Below are positions 1-12,523 of a stretch of DNA of 64,000 nt, piece by piece (the stretch's first letter is position 1; each line of letters begins with the position of its first letter). Source of the stretch: Azolla caroliniana (lineage: Eukaryota; Plantae; Polypodiophyta); assembly GCA_043228905.1 (NCBI GenBank), contig JBHGNT010000001.1:22506001-22570000 (forward strand). The letters are read 5' to 3'. The notes beneath the pieces were generated by a model. The model saw only the letters and a list, made by a program, of their open reading frames with translations. It did not search any database and had not been told where the DNA came from. The position numbers and the translations under genes are program-made.

Positions 1-2830
1 ACAACTCTACTCAACTAACTCACACAATCATAAGGTTTGCCCTAGTTATCTTTATACTTAGATCACTTTCAGGCTATTTACATAATTGGCCTAAGTAGGC
101 ACGACTCAAACCTATTTACATTTTCCTTTGTCCTGAATTCGGCCCATCCGAAAGGGACTTAATTCTCAACAAACTCCCCCTTCACTTTGGATGGGGTTTC
201 ACCAATCCAACCCAACTTTGACATGCTTCTAGCCTTTCTGCCAACAACACCTTTGTCAACATGTTGGATCCATTTTCCGATCTGTGGATTTTTGTCAGAG
301 AAAATTCCCCTTCTTCTACCCGCTCTCGGAGGCAATGATATCTCCTTTGAATATGCTTGGTCCTTGAGTGGTAGGCCACATTCTTCACTAGATGGATGGC
401 ACTTTGGTTGTCACAGTAGAGTCAGAATTCACCTTGTCAAATTCCAAACTCTCCCAAAAACTCCTTCATCCATATCAATTCCATACGACAACTCAGTCAA
501 CTCATATATATGGTTTTCATGCAGGGAATCCATCTCGTCCTGCATGGCACTTATTCACTCTCTATTGTGGGTGTCCTTCTTTGCTTCCTCAAAGCTATCA
601 GGCTCCCCCTCATCGGTTAGCAGCACATACTCTCTGTCTAAAATCTGTCGGGGGACCTTCTCTCAATAAGAGGATATCTTCTCTCCCTGGCCGACACAAT
701 GGGATCCTCTTCAACTTCTTCAATCAGTTCTTCATCCAAGTCGGAATCAGCTATGTGTTTGTCTGACTGCCTCATTGCCTGTTCGACAATCCGCCTGTCT
801 CTCGGTCTGATTTGTGTAGATTCGACTCTTGGCCCGATTTGACTGTCGACCCGAATTAGGTCGACTCTCCATGTTCTTCAATCGATGTCGGCTTCCAATT
901 GTTCGGGAGGATGTGTTCGACTTTGAAAAAGAATATGTGCGGAAGCTAAGACAGAACCAACTCAGCCGGACAGCAACAGAATACTGACAGGTTTAATGGA
1001 ACCTTAAAAAATACACGGGAGAGACATAGAGAGCAGAATAGTGAACTTGATTCAAAATAATAACACTATATACATACAAATGTCCTACAGAACACTTTTT
1101 ATACAAGTCCTTAAAAGGACTACCAAAAGTACTAACAAGTACTTCAATGCTCATACGAGCGACTGACACTAACTCCAAGGAATCTGCCTACATACTAGGC
1201 TAAGATTGTAGACCTCTAACGGCCTACCGGTTACAATCTGATCCCTCTCTCTGATCCGGTTCCTGGTTCCGGATACCATCTGGACACCGATCCGGTTTTT
1301 CCTTCTGGATACCAATCCGACTCTGGCTTATTCAGCCGATCTAGATCCGGTTGAGCTTGTCCGCTCAACAGACTTCTTCTCCCAGTTGACAATAGTCCTT
1401 TCCTTCATGAAGACTATGTATCGGCTCGGAATGATCTTCTTGTCCATTAGGTCCCACATGCGATAACCAAATTCATCATCATCATAACCGAGAAAAATGC
1501 ATGGCCGAGATTTTAGATCCAATTTCCCCCTTTGATCCTTAGCCACATGCACATAGGCAAGACACCCAAACACCTTCAAGTGACGGTACAACACGTCTTT
1601 CCCAGTCCACACCCTTTGCAGAACATCTCCATCCAAGGGTGTTGAGGGTGATCAGTTAATCATGTACACTAGGGTCATCATCGCCTTAGCCCAAAACATC
1701 TTGGACAACTTAGCATGTGCTAGCATACCCTCTCCATAATGGTCTGGTTGATCCTCTCGGCCAACCCATTGAGTTCTGGCGTCTTTGGCATGGTATACCC
1801 GAGTCGGATAAGCTTCATCCGTTGGTACTATTCGAACTAACCTCGGTATTCTCCATTGTTTTCGGCTCGGACCGCTTTCATATGGTGACTGATCTCTCGC
1901 TCGACTCTCGCTTGGAACTCTCTAAAGACCAACAATACCTAGTCCTTCGTCTTCAAGACGAAAGCCCACAACTTTCCACTAAAGTCATTTATGAAGGTCA
2001 CAAAATATTGTGAACCAGCATGTGACTTCCTGTCCACATAGCATACATCCATATGCATGAGTTCCAATGGCATTTTCTTTCTCATCAGGAGCCTAGTTCG
2101 GAAGGAGATTCGATTCAGCTTGCCGGCAAAATAGTCGGTGTACTTCTCGAGTTGCACGTTCTTTACCACCAGAATGAGGTTGTCATCGGCAAGTCTCTTC
2201 ATCCCCTTCTCACTCATGTGACACAACCTCTTGTGCCATAGCTCACTGACAGTGTCGGCTACCACCTTTGCTTCTTCTAGACATATCCGAGCATGCATCC
2301 AATAAAGAGTGTTGGTCTTATGAGCTCAGGCTACAATCAGGCTCCACCTGCTGAACTTCATAACTCCGTTCCGGATGCCACCCGTGTAGCCTTTGTCATT
2401 TAGCCGACCAGCTGATATCAAGTTCAGTTGAACCTCCAAAACGTGTCGGACATCTTTCAGTACCAGAGCATATGAATGGCTTCCAAGGGCTAATAAATCT
2501 CACTATTTTCTAGAATACTGAGACTCAATTCACGGCATTCTTGTTTTCTAACATGATATCGATCTTCTCCCAAAGGACGTCAGCCTTGTTCTCCTCATTG
2601 AAGTTGTTGTACAAGCTCATGTCAATAAAACATCTTATGTATACAGTTGTCATCATGAGCATTACCTCCCATGTTGATGTATCAATCTTGCCTAGTCTTT
2701 TGTCTCCAAACTGTACCGACAGCTAGAGATCTTTGACCACCGACATGTCTCTCATCTTAACCTTCCATACTGAGTAGTTGGAATTGGTTAGCTTGAACAT
2801 ACCCCCAAAAGAATCTTCCATTTTTCTTAG
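1..2830 (-). mobile_element. Degenerate Ty1/copia element A, internally deleted: partial 3' LTR (1-171), PPT, RNase H end, integrase, gag 5' end
   Basis: Minus-strand ORFs give RNase H 'HSRTKHIQRRYHCLRERVEEG', integrase 'HLKVFGCLAYVHVAKDQRGKLD', pre-integrase 'LWHKRLCHMSEKG' and a gag start near 2821 (MEDSFGGMFKLTNSNY). PPT (GTGAAGGGGGAGTT) at 172-185 abuts TGTTG. RNase H is joined almost directly to the start of RT near 430-490, so RT is deleted. Confidence 0.88.
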
Positions 2831-2844
2831 TTATGCTCTAAACT

Positions 2845-4707
2845 TCCATACTAACTAGTCGGCCTTTTCCTCAACTTGGAGCATCCATGAGGTAGTCGAC
2901 TATTATAGTCAACTCTCTCTATCTCCTTCAGAGCAATCGACAACACTGTCGACTCACTGGTCGATCCGACCAACCATCTAGACTTTGGCTTGTCAATTCG
3001 ACTACTAACTTCTTCCAGACTTCAATTATCAACTTCTCCTAAAGGGACCTTTTGCTAACAAATTCCCCCTTCACTCCTATAGGGAGGAGTTGGTCATTCT
3101 CGTCTTCTATCGATAGGCTCTCAGTCTTTCCATAGGTAGGTTCTTCGTGAGCATGTCAGATCCATTATCGTCAATATGGATCTTCACGAGGGTAAACTCT
3201 CCTTCATACACTTTCTCTCGCAACCAGTGATACCTCCTCTCTATGTGTTTGGTTCGAGAATGACGTTCTTGGCTAGGTGTATAGCGCTCTGATTATCACA
3301 GTGAAGTGAGATTCCTTCTTGCTTCATTCCCAATTCACTGACTCAGAGGAAATTCTTCATCCAAATCAGCTCTTTGTCGGCCTCTACCACATCCATATAT
3401 TCTACCTCTGTGATCAACAGGGCCACAGACTTTTGCAATCTTGACTGCCATGACATTGCACCCCCTGCATAGATCATCACATAACCTAATAAGGATAAGC
3501 TTGAGTCTACATCCCCCAACATGTCTGAATCGGAAAAACCTTCGAGCATAGGTTTTCTGAGACTATACCTAAGGCACACCCTTGAGGTGCCTTTCAAATA
3601 ACAAAGTATCCATTTGATAGCTACTCAATGTTCTCTCCCTGGATTACTCATGTATCGGTTTACTGTTCCCACAACAAATGCTCTATCTAGCCTCGTACAG
3701 ACCATAGAATACATTGAATGTAAACGGTTGAGGCATATGGTACTTTCCTCATCTCGGCCTTTTCCTTTTCCCCTCTTGGGCATTGCTTGGCATTCAGCTT
3801 GTAGTTTGTCGGCAACACCAAAGTGATTGCCTTTGCTTCTAACATATCTCTCCAAGATTTTTGTCACATATTTCTCTTGTGACAGCCATAGCATGTTCTT
3901 AGTTCTATCCCGAACTATGTGCATCCCCAAGATCTATTTAGCTGGTTCAAGATCTTTCATGGCAAACAACTTGCCAAGTGCTTTCTTAAAGCTTCCAATC
4001 TTCTTGGTATCTTGTCCGACAATCAACATGTCGACCACATATAGCAAGAGAATAAAGAAGTCGCCTTCATTATATCTTTTGACAAACACACAATGGTCAA
4101 CTTGTGTTTTATGGAACCCATGTTCCAGCATGAAGGATTCCAACTTCATGTACCATTGGCGTGGAGCTTGTTTCAAACCATAAAAGCTTTTCTTCAATCA
4201 ACACACTAGGTTTTCCTTTCCTTTCTACAAATAAATTTCTTCAACTAACTCCCCATGCAAGAATGTTGTTTTGACATCCAACTGTTCAATCTCCATATCC
4301 ATATTGGTAGCTATGCTCAGAACAGTTCGGATGGATTTCATCTTCACAACTGGAGCGAATATCTTGTCAAAATCGACACCCTTTTTCTGTTGAAATACCT
4401 TCACCACAATGCGGGCTTTATATCTGGTGTGATGTTGACTTATCCAGTTTTCACATTGTAGACCCATTTGTTTCTATGTGCTCTCTTACCTTTTGGTAGC
4501 TCCACCAAGTCGTAAGTATAATTTTCGTGCAAGGAGTCCATTTCGTCTTACATTTCACTCAACCATTTCTCTTTGTGCTCATCAACTATGGCTTCTATTA
4601 GGAATATGTCCCTTCTGCAAGTCGTAAGTATAATTTTCGTGCAAGGAGTCCATTTCGTCTTACATTTCACTCAGCCATTTCTCTTTGTGCTCATCAACTA
4701 TGGCTTC
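2845..4707 (-). mobile_element. Ty1/copia fragment B: 3' LTR stub, PPT, RNase H and RT
   Basis: 'KKSFYGLKQAPRQWY', 'LLYVVDMLIVG', 'SWQSRLQKSVAL', 'YKARIVVK'; PPT reverse complement at 3061-3075 next to ...CTAACA. Confidence 0.88.
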
Positions 4708-5478
4708 TGTTAGGAATATGTCCCTTCTGTTGGAGGAGCCGATTGTTGTCAAGCTAAGAGTCAACAATCGAAGAGAAGGAGATTCGACTAAGAGAGGGTC
4801 GACTGAAGGAGAGTCGACTGGGGGAGTCGACAGTAGATGATCCAAGTCGAAGACAAGATCGACTAGTCAAGCCGACTGGACAATCGACATAGGAATTGTC
4901 TAGTCGAAACAACTAGTCGATCAATCAGGTGATTAGCGATTGTTACTGTTATTATTTGATAATAATAATAATAGACATATTAGTAAATAGCCCATACTAT
5001 GCTAAGGTATAAATACCTTTAGGGAAAAACTTTAGGTGTTCAGAACAGTGTAGAATAGTAGATGCAAAATAGAGTTTCTGCAGTGGTGTACAGAGAAGTG
5101 TGCGTAAGCGGTGGCATAGTTGTGACACCAAGAGCCCTGCGAGGCTGATACATTCTATTTGAAGAGTGTTGTAATCTATTTTATCTTTGTATATTCTCTG
5201 ATATAGTGGATCTCTATTCTTGTGGATTTTTCCTCGTTGAGGGTTTACACATAATACTTGCGTACTGTGCATACTCTATCCATCTTGTTGTTTTCTATTT
5301 CCATATTGTGTATGTCTACATAGTTTTTTTCTTACAAATCTACGATTCGATCCCATCAAACTGGTAGCTGAGTAACGAGTGCAAAGATGGAAGGAGGTGT
5401 GAGTGGCTTCCCAAGAATGATGGTCCTAAACTCACACAACTAGGCAGACTGGAAGATCAAGATGGAAGATCTTCTTGT
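4708..5478 (+). mobile_element. Copia 5' LTR (4708-5358), PBS remnant and gag start, inverted relative to its neighbours
   Basis: TGTTAGGAATATGTCCC...GATCCCATCA, then AACTGGTA and MEGGVSGFPRMMVLNSHN; homologous to the LTRs at 13816, 18518 and 27412. Confidence 0.8.
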
Positions 5479-5869
5479 CTAGGTTTCCATAATAGAAGCA
5501 TGTGAGCTTGCCTCTGGACTTGGATCTACCATGGGGCTTTTCTCTTCTTTGTGGACTTCTCTGATTGTTTCTTCCTCTGCCCGGATGTTGAGCCACATTT
5601 GATTCTAACTAAGGCAGGACACCCTTGTCCTTCCGTCTTGTCTCCTCGTTCAAGATACTTGTCTTTACCACTTGTAGAGACAAGTTTTCTTCTTGACACA
5701 AGGTGTTAAGAGACACCACTAGATTCTCCCAGCTGTCTGGTAAGGTACACAACAGTAGTAGAGCCATCATAGCATCATCAAGGGGGAACTTGGTTGTTGC
5801 AAGTTGATTTACTATTGATGGGTGGGGGTGAAGCCTAGAATGGCTCCACTCCCCTCCCAAGGGGGTTAC

Positions 5870-5871
<2 letters not shown>

Positions 5872-5905
<34 letters not shown>

Positions 5906-6708
5906 ATTATCGTCTTCGGAGGTCAAATATGACCTATGAGACCAAAAATATTACATTTCACGTGATACGTGTGAAAGTGAGTAGTGACTCTCGATGTTCA
6001 AGAACTTTACCAATGAATGTTGCAATCGAGAGTGCACATTGTGGTTGTGAGAGGAATTCATGCAAAGATTGGGCTCGATCGAAGATATGTGGAAAGCATG
6101 GTCAAATATGATCAAAGGCAGAGCATTGTATCAAAGTGTGATACTCAGACTCGCGAACTTGTTTAGGGCAAAGTGTGCATAGCCGACCACTCTCATCACT
6201 TGTACCCCAACGCCCTGTTTCACATCGCAATGCATGTGAGCTAAGTCGCATCGAAGCAATGGTTCGAATAGAAGATAACGATATGGGCTCTAACATGTAT
6301 GGATGTGTACGATTTCCCCGTTCCACAAAGAATATGGCTTTGTAGTTAGGTGCAACATGTATAGTATAATGTGTGAAGCGTGAGCCTCCACATTTGTCCC
6401 ATGTCATGATACATTGGCGTTGCAAAAATGCCTCATTTACAGAGGAATCTAATGATGCATCATGAAGCAAGTGTCTCGCATCCAATCTACCAAACCATTT
6501 TTCTATATCTTGTATCCAACCGGAACACAAAATTTTGCTTTTATGTGTCTTTTGGATCTTTTTGCTTGCTTCCCACGCAATTCTAGGAAGTCGATGTGAG
6601 GGACTTTTTTGAACCTTAAGCATGTAATCAACAACCCTTTCCATGGCCATGATCTCAATGGGAAGCGATCCCGTCTCAAGGAGGAGGAGGGTGTAGGGCG
6701 TTTGTTTC
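5872..6708 (-). mobile_element. 5'-truncated non-LTR retrotransposon (RTE-X/L2-like C-terminus) with (TC)n tail
   Basis: 'MRLSSHALRCETGRW...RLCTLCPKQVRESEYHTLIQC' C-terminal CCHC region; 3' UTR hairpin and microsatellite tail at 5872-5935. Confidence 0.82.
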
Positions 6709-7184
6709 AAGGTGTAGAGAGAGAGTGAGAAAGTGAATCAAAGGAGTACACACCAAAATGAGGGGAAAAATCTATCTTATATTATGCCCCATGGGTGGGG
6801 TTTATATAGTACAAGAGGTAACCATTACAAATAAAGAATGAGACAAGTAAGGAGTTACATTACTTACCCACTTTCTCACCTTTGTACACATGCACACAAA
6901 TGTGCATGTGTTCATACACATACTAATCCTCATAAACTCATTCATATTACACATACACATCAACCACATTATCTCTCGGTCATGAAATCGTGTTGTGAGT
7001 TTCTGTATTCTTTCTTTCATCATGTGAGTTGTGTTTTCGACATTTCAAGATTTGTACCCCTTGGTTTTTAGAAATTTTCATTTTTCTTACCCTAAAATAT
7101 TTGAAATTTTAATGGATACCCCTGAGTTTGTGAAATTCTCCTCTCTGCCCCTCTTCTCTTCTTCTTCGTCTTCTCTCTAGCTGT

Positions 7185-7640
7185 CTTCACGGCCGTCACT
7201 CGGTACTTCTCTCGGTTGAGCGTCTCGGTCGTGGTCTCGGCCATGCTCCCGGCCACAAGTCTCGGCCATATTCTCATCCGCGCATCTCGGTCGTACTCTC
7301 GGTCATGCCTCTTGGCCTTGCATTTCAACCGTATTCTTGGCCGCACCTCTCGGCCGTATTCTCGGCCACGCGTCTTGGCCGTCCTCTAGACCACATGTCT
7401 TGGTCATACTCTTGGCCGCGCATTTCCACCGTATTCTCGGTCGCGCATCTCGGTCGTCCTCTCAGCCACACGTTTCAACTGTATTCTCCGCCACGCTTCT
7501 CAACCACACATCTTCGCCATGCTCTCGGCCACGTGTCTCGGTTGTCCTCTCGGCCAGGCATCTCAGCCGTCTACTCAGCCGCCATCCATCCCCGTGTGGT
7601 TGGTTGTCTTGGCCACCTCCGGATGTCTCTGTCAAGCTGG
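7185..7640. repeat. Degenerate GC-rich minisatellite built on CTCGGCC / CCGTATTCTCGGCC cores
   Basis: Many variants of (c)tcggcc, ctcggtc and cttggcc recurring every ~12-25 bp. Confidence 0.75.
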
Positions 7641-7666
7641 CCATCGGAGTTCGGTGGCCATTCCAG

Positions 7667-8318
7667 ATAATTAATGGTGAAGATGGAAGTGGAAGGAAAC
7701 CAGTGATGAAAATCACGACCTTGGCAGAGGAGAGCAAGCTCTCTAGCGATGAAGCCAGAGAAAGCATGGCGATCTTGATTCATCTCAAAGGCACAAGAAC
7801 GAGAGATGAAGAGAAACAACTCGCCAAAATACTGTAGGGACGAGGAGGATATGATTCTGCTCTGCTAGATGATGACGAGCTTCAGCAGTGCACTTGGTCG
7901 TTGTGCTGGATGTGAGCAGAAGCATGGAAGGGACGAATCTTAAGCGAGCTATGGCGATGGTGGTGAGGAGTTTGGGTTGTGCGGATCGTTTAAGCGTCGT
8001 GGCTTTCTTTGCGATAGCCAGGAGAGTGATGGCGCTAAGGAGAATGACAGAGGACGGGGAATCGAGTTATGGCGATGGTGGTGACAAGCTTGGGTTGTGT
8101 GGATCGTTTAAGCATCGTGGCTTTCTTTGCGATAGCCAGGAGAGTGATGGCACTAACAAAGGATGGGAAGCAAGTCGCCATGGAAGCTGTAAATGTGTTG
8201 GCATGCATAGGAGGGACCACCATATTTGAAGGTCTGCGTAAAGGTTTAGAGATTTTGAAGCAGAGGCGGTTTAAGAACCCTATGGCTACTGTTATGCTAC
8301 TATTGGATGGACAAGACG
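7667..8318 (+). pseudogene. Captured fragment of a RING-vWA E3 ligase gene (WAV3/EDA40-like family), vWA domain
   Basis: 'LVVVLDVSRSMEGT..LKRAMAMVVRSLGCADRLSVVAF', 'GGTTIFEGLRKGLEIL', 'KNPMATVMLLLDGQDG' match the DxSxS MIDAS vWA of this family; a stop and a frameshifting 118-bp duplication disrupt it. Confidence 0.8.
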
Positions 8319-8622
8319 GCTCCACCTCTCCTACTTCTAGTACTGATGAAGCTCGAATCTTACCTAGCCACATATCCAAGGGAAGCTCCGCCATAGCCAT
8401 GCCATCGCCTATCTACCCTTCTACTTCTTCCTCCCCTTCTGTTTCTTCTTCTTCCTCAATTTCCTCTTCTACTTCTATAGTTTGCGTCCCTATCTTCCCT
8501 ATGCTTAGAGCTAATCGACGAAGGGAACTCTTCTCGAACCAATTCTGACAGTTGCTTCTCTGCTCGGATTTGGCTCTTTCCACCGTGATAGATGTGGAAA
8601 TGGTTGGGAGAGTACGAGTCGT

Positions 8623-8756
8623 GAAGCTCTCAATCACATGCTTATCACTATAGTCTGTCCCCAAGCTTGTCAGTGAAATGGCCAGTTGTTGTGGACTTCC
8701 CCAAGTCAACCATGGCCAAAAGCAACAATGCTGATATGTATCTTCTCCTTCCCCAT
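8623..8756 (-). pseudogene. EF1A: Captured 5' fragment of translation elongation factor 1-alpha
   Basis: ATG at 8756 reads MGKEKIHISIVAFGH (frameshift) [17 protein letters not shown] ... DKHVIESF, versus canonical [42 protein letters not shown]. Confidence 0.85.
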
Positions 8757-9071
8757 GAGTGTAGATACCCGCAAATAGTAAAACAAGGCAGATGAGAATT
8801 AGGGGGAGAGAGAGAGAGAGAGAGAGACTGATATGACGTAAAGCTTCTTTCTTCAGGCATGAAGCGGACACACAATCACATAAACAAACAAACACGCAGA
8901 GAGGGAGAGATAAAGTTAGATTTCCTCTCAACGGGGTAGTGTGGAGATCTCCATCACAGGTTGGCTCTCCCACAGAGAGTTCATGCACAAATCACACTCT
9001 CTAACACAAAGACCAACACATAGAGAGGGACAGAAGGAGGGATTAGTGATGGTGAGGGAGAGTGTGGGACA

Positions 9072-10573
9072 GATAGAGAGAGAAAGAAAGAAAGAAAGAT
9101 ATATTAACGTCTTCTAAGGCCAAATTTGGCCCATGAGACAAATAGGTTACAACAAAAAATGAGTGTTTATCCAATCATCAAAACTAAAAATAAAAGAAAA
9201 TAGCTTAAGCTAAGAAAGTTCTAGTAGTGTACAAAACTTTGCACCAAGCCTAATCCCATTTCCACCCAAGTCTCTCAAAAAGAAGTGAGGTCAAAAGTTT
9301 TTGGTGTGGGTGTGACCCATGGTCCCGATGCACAGAGTGCCCTAGCCATGGCTTCTAGGCGGTGTAGTTCACGTTCCCTTATTTTCTTTATTGCTTCTAC
9401 ATCTCATCGAGTTGCTTTGAAACCCGGCATCCGAGGGCGTTTGGTTCTTCTTTGATTTTCTGCTTCATCAAGGAGAAGTCCGAGTGGTGCAGGTGTGTCG
9501 ACATTCATTGTCTCCCCCTGTTCCTGAAAAACTTCATTTGTTATATGTTGGTAAACATTAGCAACATTATTATCAACGTTTTGTAATTTGTTCTCTCTGT
9601 GGTGTTTCAATTCTAAGATGTATCTACCTAATTTCTTTATATCTAGTGTATCTAATAGTTTAGGGAGGGTGGGAGAGGAACCAAGTATGTCTTGGTATTT
9701 TGCCCTTATCTCGGCATAGGTGGGGCATTTGCATTTAAAATGGTACTCATCCTCTATCTCTATGTGGCATAACCTACATATCCTTTCCTCCCTAGGGACT
9801 CCATTAGTACGTCCATTCTCAATCTCAAGTTGGTGAGATGATATTCTAAGTTGACCAATGGCAACCCTTAGTGCATGTGGTAAGAATACATCTAGATATT
9901 TTGGGCGCGTGATAAAACCTAACTCAGAGAAGTGCATAAAGTGTTCCTTATAGTACAACATTTTAGATGGGAGTGGCTCTAGTGGGGTGATCCATTTATA
10001 CCGGGTATAAATTTGCCATATTTCTTGGCGTATTACTTTATTACGGTCCTCATGAGAGAGTAAAGTGTTATCATTCGTGTGGTCGTACTTAAGGGGGGGG
10101 AGGTTAGTAATGTCTAGACCGTTGGCAAGAAGCCAACTCACCATCATGCCATACCATGAGCTAGTATAGCCGGACTCATACAATGCTCGAGAAGCCTTAA
10201 AGGCTTGGTGGGATATTCTATCAAGTGGTTGGTTATGTATCCTGTGTATAAAGACTACCAGTTGAAAAAGTGCTTCTACTAACATAGGGGGTAGAGTGAA
10301 CTCAGCCCTAATAATGTCATGTGGGACCGACGATTTGCTTCGGAGTTGGCGTGATAACATCATCACCAATGGTCTCTCTAATTGCGTCCACATGAAAGAT
10401 GGTAGTCCTGGGGCCCAAACCGCTGATGCATACATGAGAGAGGGAGTCACTAATGAGTCAAAGAGCCACCCTTTAGTTCGTGGCTCTTGGAAGTATGCTT
10501 GGTGGCATTGTCTCTCGAGGAGTGAGAGGGATGCATGTCCTCTTGTAAGTCTATCCTTCGCTGCTTGTGTCAT
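9072..10573 (-). mobile_element. 5'-truncated non-LTR retrotransposon (RTE-X/L2-like): RT thumb and CCHC region, (TCTT)n tail
   Basis: 389-aa ORF 9404-10573 with 'LFDSLVTPSLMYASAVW' and 'LRISSHQLEIENGR..REERICRLCHIEIEDEYHFKCKC'; 3' end shared with 5872-5960 and 36690-36858. Confidence 0.85.
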
Positions 10574-11933
10574 CGAAAATTCTATCTTACATTATGCCCC
10601 ATGGGTGGGGTTTATATAGTACAAGTGGTATCTTTTACAAATAAAGAATGAGACAAGTAGGGAGTTACATTACTTACCCACTTTCTCACCTTTGTACACA
10701 TGCACACAAATTTGAATGTGTTCATACACATACTCATCCTCATTGTGTTCCACCCCTTATGCCTCCGTATATTCTTACAGGTAACATTTACATGCCCCAT
10801 GAACGTTTTGATGTGCACCACTATGCTTTCTTCGTCTCTTACTCCAACCTAATGATCTTTCTCATCAGTGAGGTTTTGTTTAGGGCATTCTTCCTCTCGT
10901 ACAACCCTGACAACTTGTGCTACATCTTGTAGACATTTGTGTCATTAGCCACATGTTGAAGGACACTAACATCTACACGTTGTCTAATGGTGGCCACCGC
11001 TTTCCTGTTTAGGAGTTTCCATTCAGACTCTAATACCCCCGTGGGTATTTCTTCTTTGTCGATGGGCTCATCCGGATCCTTGACTATTAGAAGATCTTCC
11101 ATCTTGATCTTCCAATCAGCAGAGGTGTGTGAGTTTAGGACCATCATTCCTAGGAAGCCGCTCACACCTCCTTCCGTCTTTCACCTTGCACTCTAATACC
11201 AGTTTGTAAGGGGTCGGATCATAGAGCCATGAGAAAGATGAACAGAAATAGATAGCATGAAAACAGAAAATATACACAGAATGCACAGTACACACAATTT
11301 TACGTGGAAACCCTAAACAAGGGAAAACCACAGGCAATAGAGAATCACTATATCAGAGATGTACAAGGGAGAGAACTTATTACAACACTCTCTGTCGAAG
11401 TGTATCATCCATAGAGGGCTCTTGGCGTCTACTGTTACACAACTATGGCGCCGCTCATTCACACACTTTCTCACTGTCTACACTCTCACTCTCTCTGTTT
11501 CACACTCTATCTTTATGTTCTGCACCACACTTACTATAAAGTTAGCCCTATGTGTATTTATACTCATACACAATATGGACTATTTACAAATATCGTTGTT
11601 ATTATTATCTAATAATAATAATAAACTCAGTCGTGAAGATGACATCCATCCGAACTGTTCTAAGCATAGCAGGAAGTATGGATCTGGAGATTGAATAGTT
11701 GGATGTCAAAACAACATTCTTGCATGGGGAGTTAGATAAAGAAATCTATATGCAACAACATGAAGTCTTTGTGGAGAAAGGAAAAGAGAATCTGGTTTGT
11801 CAAATGAAGAAAAGCTTGTATGGTTTGAAACAAGTTCCACGCCAATGGTACAAGAAGTTTGAATCCTTCATGTTGGAACATGGGTTCCGTAAAACACAAG
11901 TTGACCACTGTATATTTTTCAAAAGGTACACTG

Positions 11934-12395
11934 TGTTACCATACAAGATGTACGGAGAGCGAGGGTGGAATGTTATAATGTTGTTTATGTGTATGTGTAA
12001 ATGTGTAAGTGTAATTGTGAGTGTGAGTACTTACGTATGTGTACACATGCACACGTGTGTGCATGTGGACGGATGCGAGGAGGTGTGAGTGAGTGATTGG
12101 TGTGAATGTCCGAGGGGGCTTGCACCCCTATGTATCTACCCTTTTGTAACTATTTAACCCCTTATGGGGAATGAATGAAGGATGAAGGAAGATTTCTCTC
12201 TCAATCTCTCTCTCTTATCATCTCTTTCTCTCTCTTCCCCTACGTTGAACCCCCTACCCCATAAGGCTTCTCAATGCTCAACCCCACAATAGTTCCATCT
12301 CCATCTATGTTCATCGTTAATCCATCATCATTAACCATCTCCATCACCAATCATCATTATCATAAATATTAACCCTAACCCTAAAACCTACAACA
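11934..12395 (+). mobile_element. Solo LTR (462 bp), related to the LTR cores of the 5813-10786 element
   Basis: TGTT...AACA termini; TSD CACTG/CACTA; start TGTTACC..TACGGAG..GGGTGGAA matches the minus-strand end at 10786. Confidence 0.78.
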
Positions 12396-12523
12396 CACTA
12401 ACAAGATAGTCGAACAAGATACCAAGAAGAAAGCACTAGGCAAGTTGTTTGCCATGAAAGATCTTGGACCAGCCAAATAGATCTTCAGGATGCACATAGT
12501 TCGGGACAAAACCAAGAACATGT

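Larger units (their letters stand above)
5813..10786 (-). mobile_element. LTR-bounded non-autonomous insertion (4974 bp) carrying cargo
   Basis: 5-bp TSD TTTAC at 5808-5812 and 10787-10791; host gag is contiguous across it; ends TA...CA; two ~163-bp LTR-core copies (6771-6933, 10581-10743; about 9 mismatches) with TATATAAA on the minus strand. Confidence 0.75.
5479..11625 (-). mobile_element. Copia element C (gag, PBS-Met, partial 5' LTR 11205-11625), split by the 5813-10786 insertion
   Basis: gag 'VNQLATTKFPLDDAMMALLLLCTLPDSWENLVVSL' (5609-5812) continues at 10787-11185 'DWKIKMEDLLIVKD'; PBS reverse complement CTCTAATACCA at 11191-11201. Confidence 0.82.

Noticed and set aside
920-1235. Possible solo LTR or foreign insert within copia A
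   Set aside because: Ends in ..TTACA but no clear TG start or TSD could be established.
7305-7837. Overlapping 100-166 aa ORFs on both strands
   Set aside because: By-product of the stop-poor GC-rich minisatellite; only the part from about 7667 matches the vWA gene fragment.
8320-8620. Third captured gene fragment between the vWA and EF1-alpha pieces
   Set aside because: Ser-rich or Glu-rich low-complexity sequence with no family motif I can recognise; left unassigned.
12370-12390. Telomere-like AACCCTAACCCTAAAACCTA
   Set aside because: Only 2-3 imperfect units inside a solo LTR; not an interstitial telomere array.
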